A DNA stretch of 64,000 bases from Stegostoma tigrinum. Lineage: Eukaryota. Under the pieces are notes generated by a model that was given only the letters and a program-made list of their open reading frames with translations, had not been told where the DNA came from and ran no database searches. Where the stretch lies: positions 69,874,685 through 69,938,684 of the forward strand of contig NC_081354.1 in NCBI RefSeq assembly GCF_030684315.1, in the 5' to 3' direction. Position 1 is the first letter of the stretch. Every line of letters starts with the position of its first letter. Of this stretch, positions 49,640 through 62,189 are shown piece by piece. The translations under genes and the position numbers were made by a program.

Positions 49640-52500
49640 TTACTAATGAAGAAGCTATCTATCGCTGTCTTAAATACACACAATGACATGGCCTGTACAG
49701 CTCTCTGCAGCAATGACATCCAAAGGTTCACTAACCTATGGCTGAAGAAATTCCTCCTCATCTCGTACAAAGGCTCATCCCTTCACTTAGCCTGTGCCTT
49801 GGAGCATAGTGTCTCTAACTAATGGAAACATCTTCTCAACGTCCAGTTGGCCCTGGCCTCTTCGTATTCTCTAAGAGTCAATCAGATCAACCCTTATCCT
49901 TTACACTTCAGCAAGTACAGGCCCAGATTCCTAAACTGCTCCCTGTTGACAAGGCCTTCAGACCTGGGATTATTCTTGTCCATATCCTCTGGGCACCCTC
50001 CAAAATGTGTACATCCTTCCTTAGTAATAAGTTACCGAGCCCAAAACTGCTCACAATATTCCAAATGCGGTCTGACAAGATCCTTATAGAAACTCAACAG
50101 TGCATCCCTTTTCTTGTATTCTAGCCCTCTTGAAAATGAAGGCCAACATTGTATTTGCCTTTCTAACTGCCAACCAAACCTACAAGTTGAGAGAATTCTG
50201 AACTAAGACTCCTAAGTACCTTGTGCTTTAGATTTTTGAAGTCTTCCCTTCTTTAGAAAATAATCTACACCCTTAATCTTCTTACAAAAATACATCATCT
50301 CACATTTTTCCACAGTGTACTCCATCTGCTACATCTTTGCCCACTTGCCTAGCATGTCCAAATCCTTCTACAGCCTTCCTGCTACCTCAACAATAACTCT
50401 CCCATCACCTATCTTTGTGTTCTCTGTAAACTTACCAACAATGCCCTCAGCTCCATCGTCCAGATCATTAATGTATAACATGAGTAGTTATGATTCCAAC
50501 AATGACTCCAGCAAAACATCGCTGGTCACCGGCTACCATCCTAAAAAAGATCCCTTTATCCCCACTTCTGCCTTTTGCCAGTCAGTCAATCCTTTATCCC
50601 AGCTGGCATCTTGCTCCAAACATCATGGTATCTTATCATATTTAGCAGCCTGCTATGCAACACCTCATCAAAGGCCTTCTAGAAATCCAAATATGTCACA
50701 TCCATTATATCTCCTGCATCTAACATTGTATTTTTACTTCCTTAAACATTCTTACAGATTTGTCAGACATTACCCCTCCTTGATGAAGCTCTATTTTACC
50801 ATGCATTTCCAAACAATGTGCAATTTCATCCTTAATAATGGATTTAAATCTTAGCAACTGCCAAAGTGAATGCTAACTGACCTATAGTTTCTTGTCTTCT
50901 GCATCCCTCCCTTCCTAAACACTGCGCCATTTTCCAGTCTGGGAAATCTGGGATCCTCCCTGATACCCAATGGTTCCTGAAAGATCGCCTCTACCTCTTC
51001 AGCCTCATTTTCCAGCGAACAATGTCCACTTTTGCCTCTTCCTTACCTTTTAAATATCTCAAAAAAAGGTCCTTGCCCAACTTATTTTATATTGGTAGCT
51101 AAATTATCTTTACACTCCACCTTAATTTCCCCTCAGGTTTTTCAATTATTCCATGCTGGTTTTTAGAGACTTCCCAATCCTCTGGCTTCCCACTAATCTT
51201 CACCACATTGTCTGCTTTTTACTCAGTTTTTATGCTGTTGCTGACTTCACTCATCAGCCATGGTTACCTCGTCCTTGTTTCATATGGTTCTTCTTCCTCA
51301 TTAGGATGAATTTCTGCTGTGCCTCCCAAACCACCCCAGAAACTTATGCCATCGCTGTTCCACCATTTACCCTGCAAGATATCCCTTCCAATCAAATTTG
51401 ACCAGTTCTTCCCTCATATCTTTGAGGTTACCTTTATTCAAATTGATTACCATTACATCTGATTCCAGTTTCTCCCTCTCAAACAGCAGGACGAATTCTA
51501 TCATATTATGGTCACTGCTCCTTGGGGTTCCTTCACTTTAAGCTCCCTGATCAAGTCTGCCTCATGACACATCATCAAAATCTATGACTTCGTACTCCCT
51601 ACCACAAGCCGTTCTAAAAAGCTATCTCATAGACACTTCACAAATTCCTCTCATTGAGATCCATTGCAAACTGATTTTCCAGTCGACATGCATATTGAAG
51701 CCCCATAGGACTATTGAGTGCCTTTTCTATCTCATGATTTATTTCTCGCCCTACGTCCTGATGACTGCTAGGAGGCCAGTACATAATTCCCATGCGAGTC
51801 TTTTTTCCTTTGTGGTTCCTCAATTCTACCGACACTGATTCTATGCCTTCTGACTCCATATCACTCCTTGCCATTGGCTTCATTTCATTTTCTTACCAAC
51901 AAGACAACCATGCCCTCTCTAAATAAAAATTGAAAAAAAACTGTGGATGCTGTAAATCAGGAACAAAAACAGAAGTTGCTGGAAAAACTCAGCAGGCCTC
52001 AACATTTCCGCTCCTGTGAGGAAGGGTCACCAGACCCGAAACGTTAACTCCGATTTTTCTTCACAGATGCTGCCAGGCCTGCTGAACTTTTCCAGCAAGT
52101 AGGCCCTTTCTACTCATCTGTCTGTCCTTTAGATTGGAAGCATATCCGTGGATATTTAGTCCCCAGATCTGATATCCTTGCAGCCGCGTCTGATGCCCAC
52201 AACACCGTATCCGTCAATTTCAATCTGGGCTACAAGTTTATTTAAGACAACATGGTGTGAAGCTGGATGAACACAGCAGGCCAAGCAGCATCAGAGGAGC
52301 AGGAAAGTTTGACATTTCAGTTCAGGACCCTTCTTCAGCTTATTTACCTTGTTTTGTATTCTGTATGCATTTAAGTACAACACCCACAGTCCTGCATTGA
52401 CTGCCCCCCTTCTCATAGTTGTCCCGTTATCTGATGTGGCTGAAGTTAGATTCCTGACACTTTCCATTCTGCCTCTCCTATTTCTTGCTGTGGAAATTAA
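49640..52500 (-). mobile_element. Old CR1 LINE with several internal deletions and nested PLE pieces (51922-52100, 52245-52340)
   Basis: 3' end RRNFFSHRLVNLW (ORF 49543-49770) and endonuclease region ESVSVELRNHKGKKTRMGIMYWPPS (ORF 51638-51883). Confidence 0.8.
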
Positions 52501-53006
52501 CTTCCTTCGCCTTTCTATTCCTTGTCATGTCTGACTGAATTCCTGCATTCAGGGTAATTAAAAAGTCATTTTGTTTTATTCTAAAGAACAGTCACTGGAC
52601 TCGAAATGTTTTTGCTCTATAGATGCTGCCAGACTTGCTGACATTCTCCAGAAATTTCTGTTTTAGTTTCAGATTTGCAGCATCTGCAGTTTTTTGCTTT
52701 ACATTTGCTTTTTGTTGTCTAGGTCAACCTGGAGTGCAATTGAAAACTGTTTTACGTTAACCCCTGTCCTTGCGTATTTTTCTAAATTCAACCTGTTCAG
52801 ATGAATTATGACACAACTTGGAGCAGATGGAACTTGAACCCGGCCACTGTGCCACAACAGCCCTCCTGTCTTTGCAGATTTTTCAAAGGAGAAACCACAA
52901 GATGTGTCTGGGAAATAACTCACCAGGGGTGGCTTGCTGCTGAGCAGGAGGGATAAGCCCCTTGTTACCTTTAGGGTCACAAGAGATCACAGCCCGTCTG
53001 TTTTGA

Positions 53007-53218
53007 GATAACAAGGTGTAGAGCTGGATGAGCACAGCAGGCCAAGTATCAGAGGAGCAGGAAACTTGACGTTTCAGGCCTACACCCTTCTTCTGAAGAA
53101 GGGTCCAGACCCAAGACATCAGCTTTCCTGCTCTTCTGATGCTGCTTGGTCTGCTGTGTTCATCCAGCTCTACACCTTGTTATCTCAGATTCTACAGCAC
53201 CAGCAGTTCCCACTATCT
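53007..53218. mobile_element. Fold-back PLE element (family-1 variant subfamily)
   Basis: Short arm on the left, long arm on the right. The TSD matches CCAGTCTGTTTTGA with 1 mismatch on each side. Confidence 0.85.
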
Positions 53219-53405
53219 TCCAGCCTGTTTTGACTTGTCTTTCTAAATTGGCCCAGCCTTTAACTCCTCCCTCATCCATTCACAATCTTGATGGGTTAGG
53301 AAGGAGCAGTTCACACCTTAGGGAATGCCACTGTTTACTTTGTCTCCCAATGAAATGGAATGTGCCATCTCATACGCAAATCAGAAGCTACTTTAATTTC
53401 ATAGG

Positions 53406-53648
53406 GATATTGGGAACTGCAGATGCTGGAGAATCCAAAATAACCAAGTGTGGAGCTGGATGAACACAGCAGGCCAAGCAGCATCTTGGGAGCAGGAAAG
53501 CTGACATTTCGGGCCTAGACCCTTCATCAGATAAGGCTTCATCAGCAATAACTTTTCTGATGAAGGGTCTAGGCCCGAAACGTCAGCTTTTGTGCTCCTA
53601 AGATGCTGCTTAGACTGCTGTGTTCATCCAGCTCTACATCTTGTTATC
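53406..53648. mobile_element. Fold-back PLE family-1 element
   Basis: Inverted arms. Intact core CTGATGAAGGGTCTAGGCCCGAAACGTC at ~53557-53584. The paralogous site near 35670 is empty. Confidence 0.88.
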
Positions 53649-54219
53649 CCTAGATTCATGCCCGATTCTCAAAGCCGCAGTTTTTAAAAGCTTCTTTATA
53701 TGACCAGCTAATGAGATGATTATTCAAAATTTGATATAGCACATCTTACTGACAGTGCGTCAGTCACATCATTAACTACGGCCAGTGAAGGGAATCAAGA
53801 TTTCCTGTAAATCACAGGCTTTAGTTCCACTGACTGATCCGTGCTTTCTTTCACTTCCCTGAGTTCTCCAATGTGTCAGCTGTAAAATCTGGAACTGGAC
53901 TTTTCTCTAAATTGTCTGATGCTCCTGGCTTGAGGAACACCAGTAAAATCATCAAATTTTTGAGGCTTGCATTTATCAATGTTTAATTATTTGTTGTTTA
54001 AAGCCACTCCACTCAATGTATAGTTATTAAGATAAAAGGCTGAAGTATTGCAGTAAAATACAATGATATCCGGGCAGAAATTGGAGATCAGTGCATTTGC
54101 ACACGTTAAGTGACCTTGGATCAGTAAATCTGACATCCACATCTGTTTTACAGTGAAGCTGATTGAATCTAGCTGCAATCAGTTATTTGAAATCTAGACA
54201 TTCTTAATGAAGAATCTAT

Positions 54220-54328
54220 ATGAAAGTAAAACAATTTGCCTCAGGAGCAGGGAGATTCTCTTACGCAATTTTGACCGTTTTCACTTCTTGAGGTTACACA
54301 AAACAAAAGAAGAGGTTTTTAATAAATA
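54220..54328 (+). promoter_or_regulatory. Residual promoter of pseudogene E
   Basis: kB-like GGGAGATTCT 54250-54259, C/EBP TTACGCAA 54261-54268, TATA-like AATAAATA 54321-54328. Homologous to the A/B/D promoters in reverse orientation. Confidence 0.55.
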
Positions 54329-54435
54329 GAACCTTACTGGATCCCTCTTAAGAAGAACTTGATTCAACAGAAAGAGCAGCACTGAAGCAGTCAACAGATC
54401 CTTCAGCAGAAATCCATTCAGCAACAAAGTCAAAG

Positions 54436-57400
54436 ATGAACACAACAATAGCTGTAATGACTGTCATCCTGCTCCTGTGTGCTATTGCTGTATGTTAACA
54501 TTTCTAATATTTGTTTTATCTTTTTGTTGCATTGTAGTATAAAAGGAGCTGTTCTGCTGACTTATTAACCAGCCATGCATTTCTAAGGTCAATAGTTAAT
54601 TGTTCATTAATGAATTAAAAGGCCAATGATTGTACATGCTGTTGACAATACAGTGCTTGTTTTAACACTGATATCGACGCTTAAACAAAATGCCAAGTTT
54701 GTGACAACTGCAATCAATGTCTATAATTAACTTCTGTTGATTTCATTCACAGGTATTCCAATCCCAGGTACTCAAGTACGGTGCCATTGCCCCAAAACAA
54801 GCTCCGATTTTATTGGTCCAAGAATCATCAAGAGTTTGAAGTCCATTCCCAAAAGATCACATTGAGACACAGGAGATAATGTGAGTAAATGAGTCAGAAC
54901 AGCATACAGCCTCAGGGTCATAAAGCACAGAAACAGGCCATTTGGTCCAACTCATCCATGTCAACCAAGCGTCCATTTCTCGGCATTCTGTCCACATTCC
55001 TCTGAACTGTTCCCACACTTGTACGTGTCCAAATATCTTACAACTTTCATAACTGTGTCTGCATCTATCACATCCTCTGGCAGCTTGATCCACATACACA
55101 TGAGCCTCTGTGTGAAAAAGCTACCCCTCAGGCCCCTTTTAAACCTTTACGCTCTCACTTTAAACCTATCTGACCAAGTTTTGAAATCCCCTGCCCTGGG
55201 GAAAAGACTTTGACTCTTCATCTTATCCATACCTCACATGATATTATAAACCTCTACCTCTACCTCCTACACTGCATGCAGAAAATGTCCCAGCCTATCC
55301 AGCCTCTCCTTGTCATTCATTTTTTCTAGTCTCGGTAACATCCTTCCAAACCCCTTTCAGGGATGTACTACTGATGTACTGTATAAAGCTCTGGTCAGAA
55401 CACGTTTGGAGTATTGTGTGCAGTTTGGGGCCCCCTATCTCAGGAAGAATGCACTGGCACTGGAGCTCGTTCAGGGGAAATTCACGAGAATAGTCCCAGG
55501 AATGGAAAGCTTAACATACGGAGAACGTTTGAGGATTCTGGGATATACTCATTGGAGTTTAGAAGGATGAGTGGGGATCTAATTTAAACTTACAGAATAT
55601 TGAATGGCCCGGACTGAGTGGATGTTGGGAAGATGCTTCCATTGGTAGGAGAGACTAGGACTCAAGGGCGCAGCTTTAGAGTAAAGGGAAAACCTTTTAG
55701 AACTAGATAAGGAGGAAATTCTACAGCCAGAGATTGATGAATCTGTGGAATTCACTGCCACAGAAGGCTGTCAAGGCCAGGCCATTGAGCACATTTAAGA
55801 CTGAGATAGATATGTTCTGGATTATCAAGGAGTTCAAGGATTACAGGGAGAAAGTGGGAGAATGAAATTGAGAAATTTATCAGCCATGATTGAAGGGTAG
55901 AGCAGAACCGACGGGTTGAATGGCCTAATTTCTCTCCTATGTCTTATGATCTTATGGTCTTAAATTGTTTTTGCATGCTGTCCAGTTTAATAACATCAGT
56001 GTGACCAGAATTTTACACAATACTCCCCAAACGTAGCCTTATCAGTGCCTTGTACAGCTACGACATGACATCCCAACTCATGTACTCAATGCTCTGACCA
56101 ATAAAGGCATACATGCCAAACACCTTCTGAACTATTCTGTCTATCTACGACATTACCTTTAACCTTTCTCCTACACCTACTTTGTTTAGAAGCTGTGCTA
56201 CTTATTGAAAACCAATTGGATTCGTCTCAGTTTGTTTTTGAAACAGATGTCTTCTATTTGTTCATAGGATGTGGGTGCCACAGACTGGACAATTACCTAT
56301 TGCCCATTTCTACCTGCTCTACAGAATTTGCTGATGGACTGACCTCTTGAAGCATTGCAATCCTGGAGGGTACAGAGTCACCCACAGTGTTGCTTAGAAG
56401 GAAATCCCAGGATTTTGACTCAGCAACGATGAAGGAATGGAGAATTATTACTAAGTCAGTCTGGTGTGAGTTTTCAAGGAGAATCTTGAAGGCTATTCCC
56501 ATATCACCAATAACTCCAACCTTGTAGTTCTAGGTGATAGATTTAGAAAGTACCCAGAGCAGTCTTGATGAGCTGCTGCAGAGCATCTTATAGATGGTAT
56601 TCACGGCTTCTACTGGGCATCAATGATGAAGGGTGTGAATGTTGAAGATGATGGAAAAGATGCCAATCAGTTGGACTAATTTGTCCTAGATAGTATAGAG
56701 CTCTTGAGAATTGTTGGAACTGGATTCTGGAGAGTATTTTATCTCATTCTTGATTTATGCCTTTTTGTTTTTAGGTTGGCTTTTGGGAGCCAGCATGTGA
56801 ATTAATTGCGAAGAAATTCCTAGCCTCTGAACTGCTCTTGTAGCCACAGTATTTTTATGGCTGCTGCAGTTCAGTTCAATACCCAGTGACCAGTAATGCA
56901 CAGGATGCTAATAGTGGAGGATTCCACGATGGTATCGCTAATGAATGTCAAGTGATAATGGTTTGATTCTATCTTGTTGGCTTCCCTGGATTTGCGTTGA
57001 CTCCAGTTTTTCTGAGCCCATTCATACCACACTCAAGGAAACATTATCTTGATGTCAAGGTAGTTGGTCTCATGTTTTCACCTTTTCAGTGGGATACATC
57101 CAGTTTCTGTGAGTTATATTTTAAAATATTACTCTCTCTTTACAGTGTCACAATGCAAAATGGGAAAAAACTCATGTGTGAGTCCTAATGTGGAGTGGGT
57201 AAAGATTGTCGTTCAAGCTCAGAGAGGTTGGTGCCTGCTTTTGGATAGAATTCAGATTTTCGTCTGAATAAAAATGAATGCCGTGAATTTTTTTTAACCG
57301 TGTTTGTCCTCTCCATGATAAAGGCCTGTTGCCAATTCCCACATGTTCTTGGTGCATTCTGTCACTTTACCCAAGTCTCCTGTAAGGTGAGACTCAATAT

Positions 57401-58244
57401 TCACAAACTATTCAGCCACCATTGACTTTGGGGCTTGATCTTCCTCTGTTCTCATCCTGCATCTATATTTGGGAATTCAATGAGATCATCACTGATCTGA
57501 CGACAAGAAAAATGCAACTGACTTCATCCAGTAAGGATTCACAGTTGGTTTTTAACTTTTGTTAAGTGTGTGATTTTAAAGAGACAGCACCCTTGACTGG
57601 AACTGAATTCACAACAGCCAAGCTGAATTCAAGTTTGCAGCACTCCAAACCCAACATTTTCTCCTGTGTAACATCACATCCAGCTATCAAAAATAATGTT
57701 TGCATTGATTGGAAATCAAACCAAGGCCTCCTGCTGGACAGGCTGCAATTTCACCACTGAATTACCAAAGCAACTGCGGTTTTGTTGAACTGTTGTGCCC
57801 TTCTCCATTACCCACAAAGCTGTGATCAATTGTCATATCTTCAAGTAGCCAGCTGGGATCAGCCAATTCAACACATCCCAGTGAAATTAATCTCATTTTC
57901 ATGTGCCTTCTTTCATGGTCAGCTCTGTGATATTGTGCATTGCATTGCAAGCAGGTCTCATGCAGATTTTCCTTAACTTTTCATTATCTTTTTGATTTTG
58001 AATCTTTCATGTAAAATTCTACAGAAATTTTTTTACTACAACTGCAGAGATCCCGCATGCGTTAAATTCATTTTGTAAAATTTATAATAAAATCACAACC
58101 ATTAGCAATGCTGGAACCGGATAATGCCCTATAATTTTGCTTGGTGAAGCCATAAGTCCTTGATATTAACCTAAATAAATACCTCCTTTTAGATGAAAAC
58201 AATATTTTATTAATTTCATTTCAGGTGCCAAATCGCACAACTAA
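54436..58244 (+). pseudogene. CXC chemokine pseudogene E (all 4 exons, frameshifted)
   Basis: Exon 1 54436-54489 (MNTTIAVMTVILLLCAIA) is 54 nt rather than 61. Exon 2 54753-54880 (GIPIPGTQVRCHCPKTSSDFIGPRIIKSLKSIPKRSH*) is 128 nt; a 2-nt loss destroys the third Cys. Exon 3 57146-57226 is 81 nt (+1 in an A run). Exon 4 58225-58244 reads GAKSHN*. Confidence 0.87.
54900..56150. mobile_element. Nested CR1 3' fragments in intron 2 of pseudogene E
   Basis: A minus-strand CR1 (54900-55350 plus 55965-56150) is interrupted by a plus-strand CR1 (55375-55960; LYKALVRTRLEYCVQF; TCTTATG tail). Confidence 0.8.
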
Positions 58245-60215
58245 GAAATGAAGGTGCGCTGGGATTCACTCGATTGCACACTGGGGAATTCGCTACACAG
58301 TTAACATGGAAATGAAGGAAACCCCTTGCAGGGTGGTCACTTTCTGATGTTACCTTCCAATAGGTTTGTTGAGTAGTTACCTTGCACTGATTCCTAGAAC
58401 TTATTTAACTGCTTAACCCTGTAACTGTGTAAATATTTACACACAGCCTAAGAAATCAGGCTGACGTTAAGGAATTTTGTGCAAAGAACTCCATTTTGTT
58501 GTCACACTATATGTGATTACTCAGAATTAAGTCTGACATTGTTAAAACTTACTGTATGGCTGGCATTGAACATTTCTTCATAATTGTTGGGAAATAATTT
58601 CAAAACATCAAAAAGGTGCAAGTACAAAAGGAAATATAGTGGAACTTGTAACTTATGAAAGAATTGAAATTAAATAAGTTCAGTTGCTCTATTTTAATAG
58701 TTGAAGTAAAAGTGGGAATTAATAACAATTGGGAAATTTATTTATTATTTCATACAATTCAAGTGCCTGTGCCGAAGCCAACACTTATTGCTCAGTCATC
58801 ATTTCCTATTTGAGTGTGATGGTAAGGTATCTATTGAACTGCCGCTATTGTATGTAGTAAAGGTACATGCACTTGGCCATGAAGCTAACCTGATTGAAAC
58901 TGAACATGTTATTAATTTTTCATGATGTGTGCCCTCCACACTTCTATCTGTTTTACCTGGAATGAATTCTTAAAGTTTTAGATTAGCTGAATTATCCTTC
59001 AACGAAGAATGTAATATACCAAGCAAGCACCATCTTCCTTTTGTTTACATATGTAGAGAAATGTGAAGTAAAGCTCATGAAACATACTGGAGATCCTCAG
59101 AAATTCTGGTAGTGTCTGTTGACAGGGAAGCAGTTCCTCATCGAAATTGTAAGCACATAAAGCTGTAAAATTTTGAAAAAAAGGCTTGCAAATTGGTCGA
59201 GAACAGGAGATACAAACAAAAGAAAATGCCTGTGCTAACATTGTAAATAGCAGAGATTTAATGATGAAATATATTTTGTAACATGGTCAAAGAAGAGAGT
59301 AATGGGCCTTATCACCTTCTTCTATGTCGTTTACCTGCTGCCACAGCCCAGACATTGTCATCACATGGGCTTGCTTTCAGTACAGCCAACCTACTTTCAC
59401 CTTCTTGTGGCCTCCATTACCAGTTTTTCTCCTTCCCTGGATTACCATTACCCATCCCTTTGTTTTCCAAACAGGTTTTCTTTCCCTTTGGGCTCTGTCT
59501 TCACCTATCTTCTCATTCTTTTACCCCCATGTCTCAACCTCTCTCTTTAGCATACCGCCTTTTCCGAGCAACTATTAGTTCTGTTGAAGGATCACTGAGT
59601 CTAATATGCTAATTCTGCTTTCTCTCCACAGATGTTGCTGGAATACTGAGATTTTTCATCAATTTCTGCATTTGTTAGAGATAGTAATGGTGCAAATTTA
59701 TGGCTAGTGGAGGCGCAAACGAAAAAATGCAGAATCACTGCCAACCATTAATGCTACAAGAAAAAGTGTAGTAGGGTTGGTGTTGGTACAGAGAAGAGAT
59801 CATGTCTGAAATTGTTGAACTAAATGTTGTTTGCAAAGGACTGTAAAGTGAGCAGTCAGAAAATGAGATTATGATACTTGCATTACACTGTGTGTATCAG
59901 TGTGTCAGAATGAGGACACAGTTCAGAGTGAAAGTAAAGTGAAGAATTACTAAAATGCGATATCTCAAAACCAATCAGATACAATCTTCTTTTTGCCGTT
60001 GAATGTTGCTATTCCATATGATATATTGATCACAAAGTATACAACAGGAGAAGAATTTTAATTGTTGCCTAATGCTAATTTGAATGAAAGCTCTATGTCA
60101 AAGTTCAGTTCTCATTCACACAGATGACAAATTAGAGCAGTATTTATTGATCATTAACATTTTTTAACTGAACTGAGGGATATTTTATTTCCAAAACAAC
60201 AAATCTTAGCACCTG

Positions 60216-60433
60216 AGATAAAGGGAGCTGCAGATGCTGGAGAATTCAAGATAACAAGGTGTGGAGCTGGATGAACACAGCAGGCCAAGCAGCATCTTAG
60301 GAGCACAAAAGCTGATGTTTCGGGCCTAGATCCTTCATCAGAAAAGAGGGATGGGGCGAGGGTTCTGAAATAAATGGGGGGGGAAGGTGGATCGAAGGTG
60401 GATACAGGAGAAGATAGGTGGAGAGGAGACAGA
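60216..60433 (-). mobile_element. PLE family-1 3' fragment
   Basis: Terminal arm plus purine-rich UTR, flanked by a repeated TAGCACCTG. Confidence 0.82.
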
Positions 60434-62189
60434 TAGCACCTGTCTGATACTTAAGTCTATAGATAGAAATAATATTGCTTGTAAAATAATTCATTTTAAA
60501 ATGTTGCTTAGATGATATAGATGGGCATAAATTCTACAAGTAAATAGACGAGATTTTGGTCACGAGGTAGCACTGTTTTGTGTAACTCATACACGATTGT
60601 TAAACTCAACTAACCATCAATCACACTCATTTCTGCAGACGTTTCTCTTCCATTCACAAGTTGCCCCAGGCCGAGCGTATCCTTTGGACGGATTTCTCCA
60701 GAAACTAACCCAGATGGAAGGAATAGTTTGATCACATCATCCCATGTGAGAGAAGCCATCAATTTAGAGATTTTTAATGCTCAGTGTCGGAATCTTCATA
60801 GCTCCCTGTTGAAATAGAACACAGTCGATGAACCGAAGGTGTTCACATTTACAAACTATCTTTCTGCACCATTTTGCCAAGAAAGCCAAATCAATTCCTG
60901 AATTCTAGGTTGAGCTGAAATGTTGTCATTCAGTTTTTTTGACATTCTAACATGATTACCAAATCTCCCAATGCATTGTTGATTATCTATGACATAAAAC
61001 ATTATCATTCAAATGTAAGCAAATCCTGCAATGCTGCAATTCTGAAACAAACACAGAGAATGCGGGAGAAATCTGTCCCTCTATATCCTTCATAATCTGT
61101 TTATGGACACCAGGAGAAGGCATTGCCAGGTGTATTTGGCAATTCAAAGGATGTTAATATTGTTTTTGAGGCATAACCTCTTCTGTGTATTGTCAAGGAA
61201 GACATGGTGTGGTTATCAGAATTGACAGCTAGAATGTTCGTTGTTAATCTCACAGCCAAATACATGGATAAGTTGTTAAACTCCAGGAGCACTTGGGGGT
61301 GGGGGTGTGTGTGTGGGGGGCGGCGGGGAAAAGTGCTGGTGGTGGGGGGGGCAAGTCAAACCATCAGAATTTCTTAGGAACTAAGTGACAGTCAAAGTTC
61401 TTTGTATCCCTGGTCTACCACCCACATTGCTGCGATCTCTTCTGACTGTATGCAAAAGCCCTTTCACCTCATGCACCACTACCGCATGGGGACACAACCA
61501 ATCATTGACATAGCTACATGGAGTGTAAAATCATGCAATGTCCCAGATTATACGGGTTCACCAACTCCGGCTGTTATTCGAATGAGCTCTGACTCTGGAA
61601 TATTACCAAGCACTGTACAAACCCATGTTTGGTGGGGGGGGAGCAGTCAGCACAGTCATAGCCCCAACACTATGTTGCAAACATGAACTGAAACTTGAGT
61701 CGGCCGCAGGCCCTCCGGAAACTTGTTCTTCATCACAGATTAGTATTTTTCAGTTGCCGTGTTCCGCATTGGCACTGATCCCTGGGATAGTATGATAAAG
61801 TAAGCGCACATTTGAGCTGATCGTGAAATGCATTCTGGGAAGGGTTACTTCACAGTCAGTGTCATGGTGAAGCATTCTGGGAAGAGTGTTATGAGCTGGA
61901 TGGTATGGTTCGGTAGAGTAAATGTTGTTCCTATGTCAACAGACATTTCCTGTGAGGTTTCATGTAAATTAATACCACAGGAAACAAGTATTTGAATATT
62001 GCAGGCTGGATCCTGGATCAAAGTTCCAGAACAGTTGAAAGAGATCTAGATCAGGAATTCATTCCAGGTTTTACAGCACACTGAGGGTGTATCAACATGC
62101 TTGAGGAAAAGTCAGAACAAGTCGCCAAGGAAGACGTTAAGAAAGCAGTGAACTGGCCTCAGGCAAACGCTGACAAGAAGAGGAGAAAG

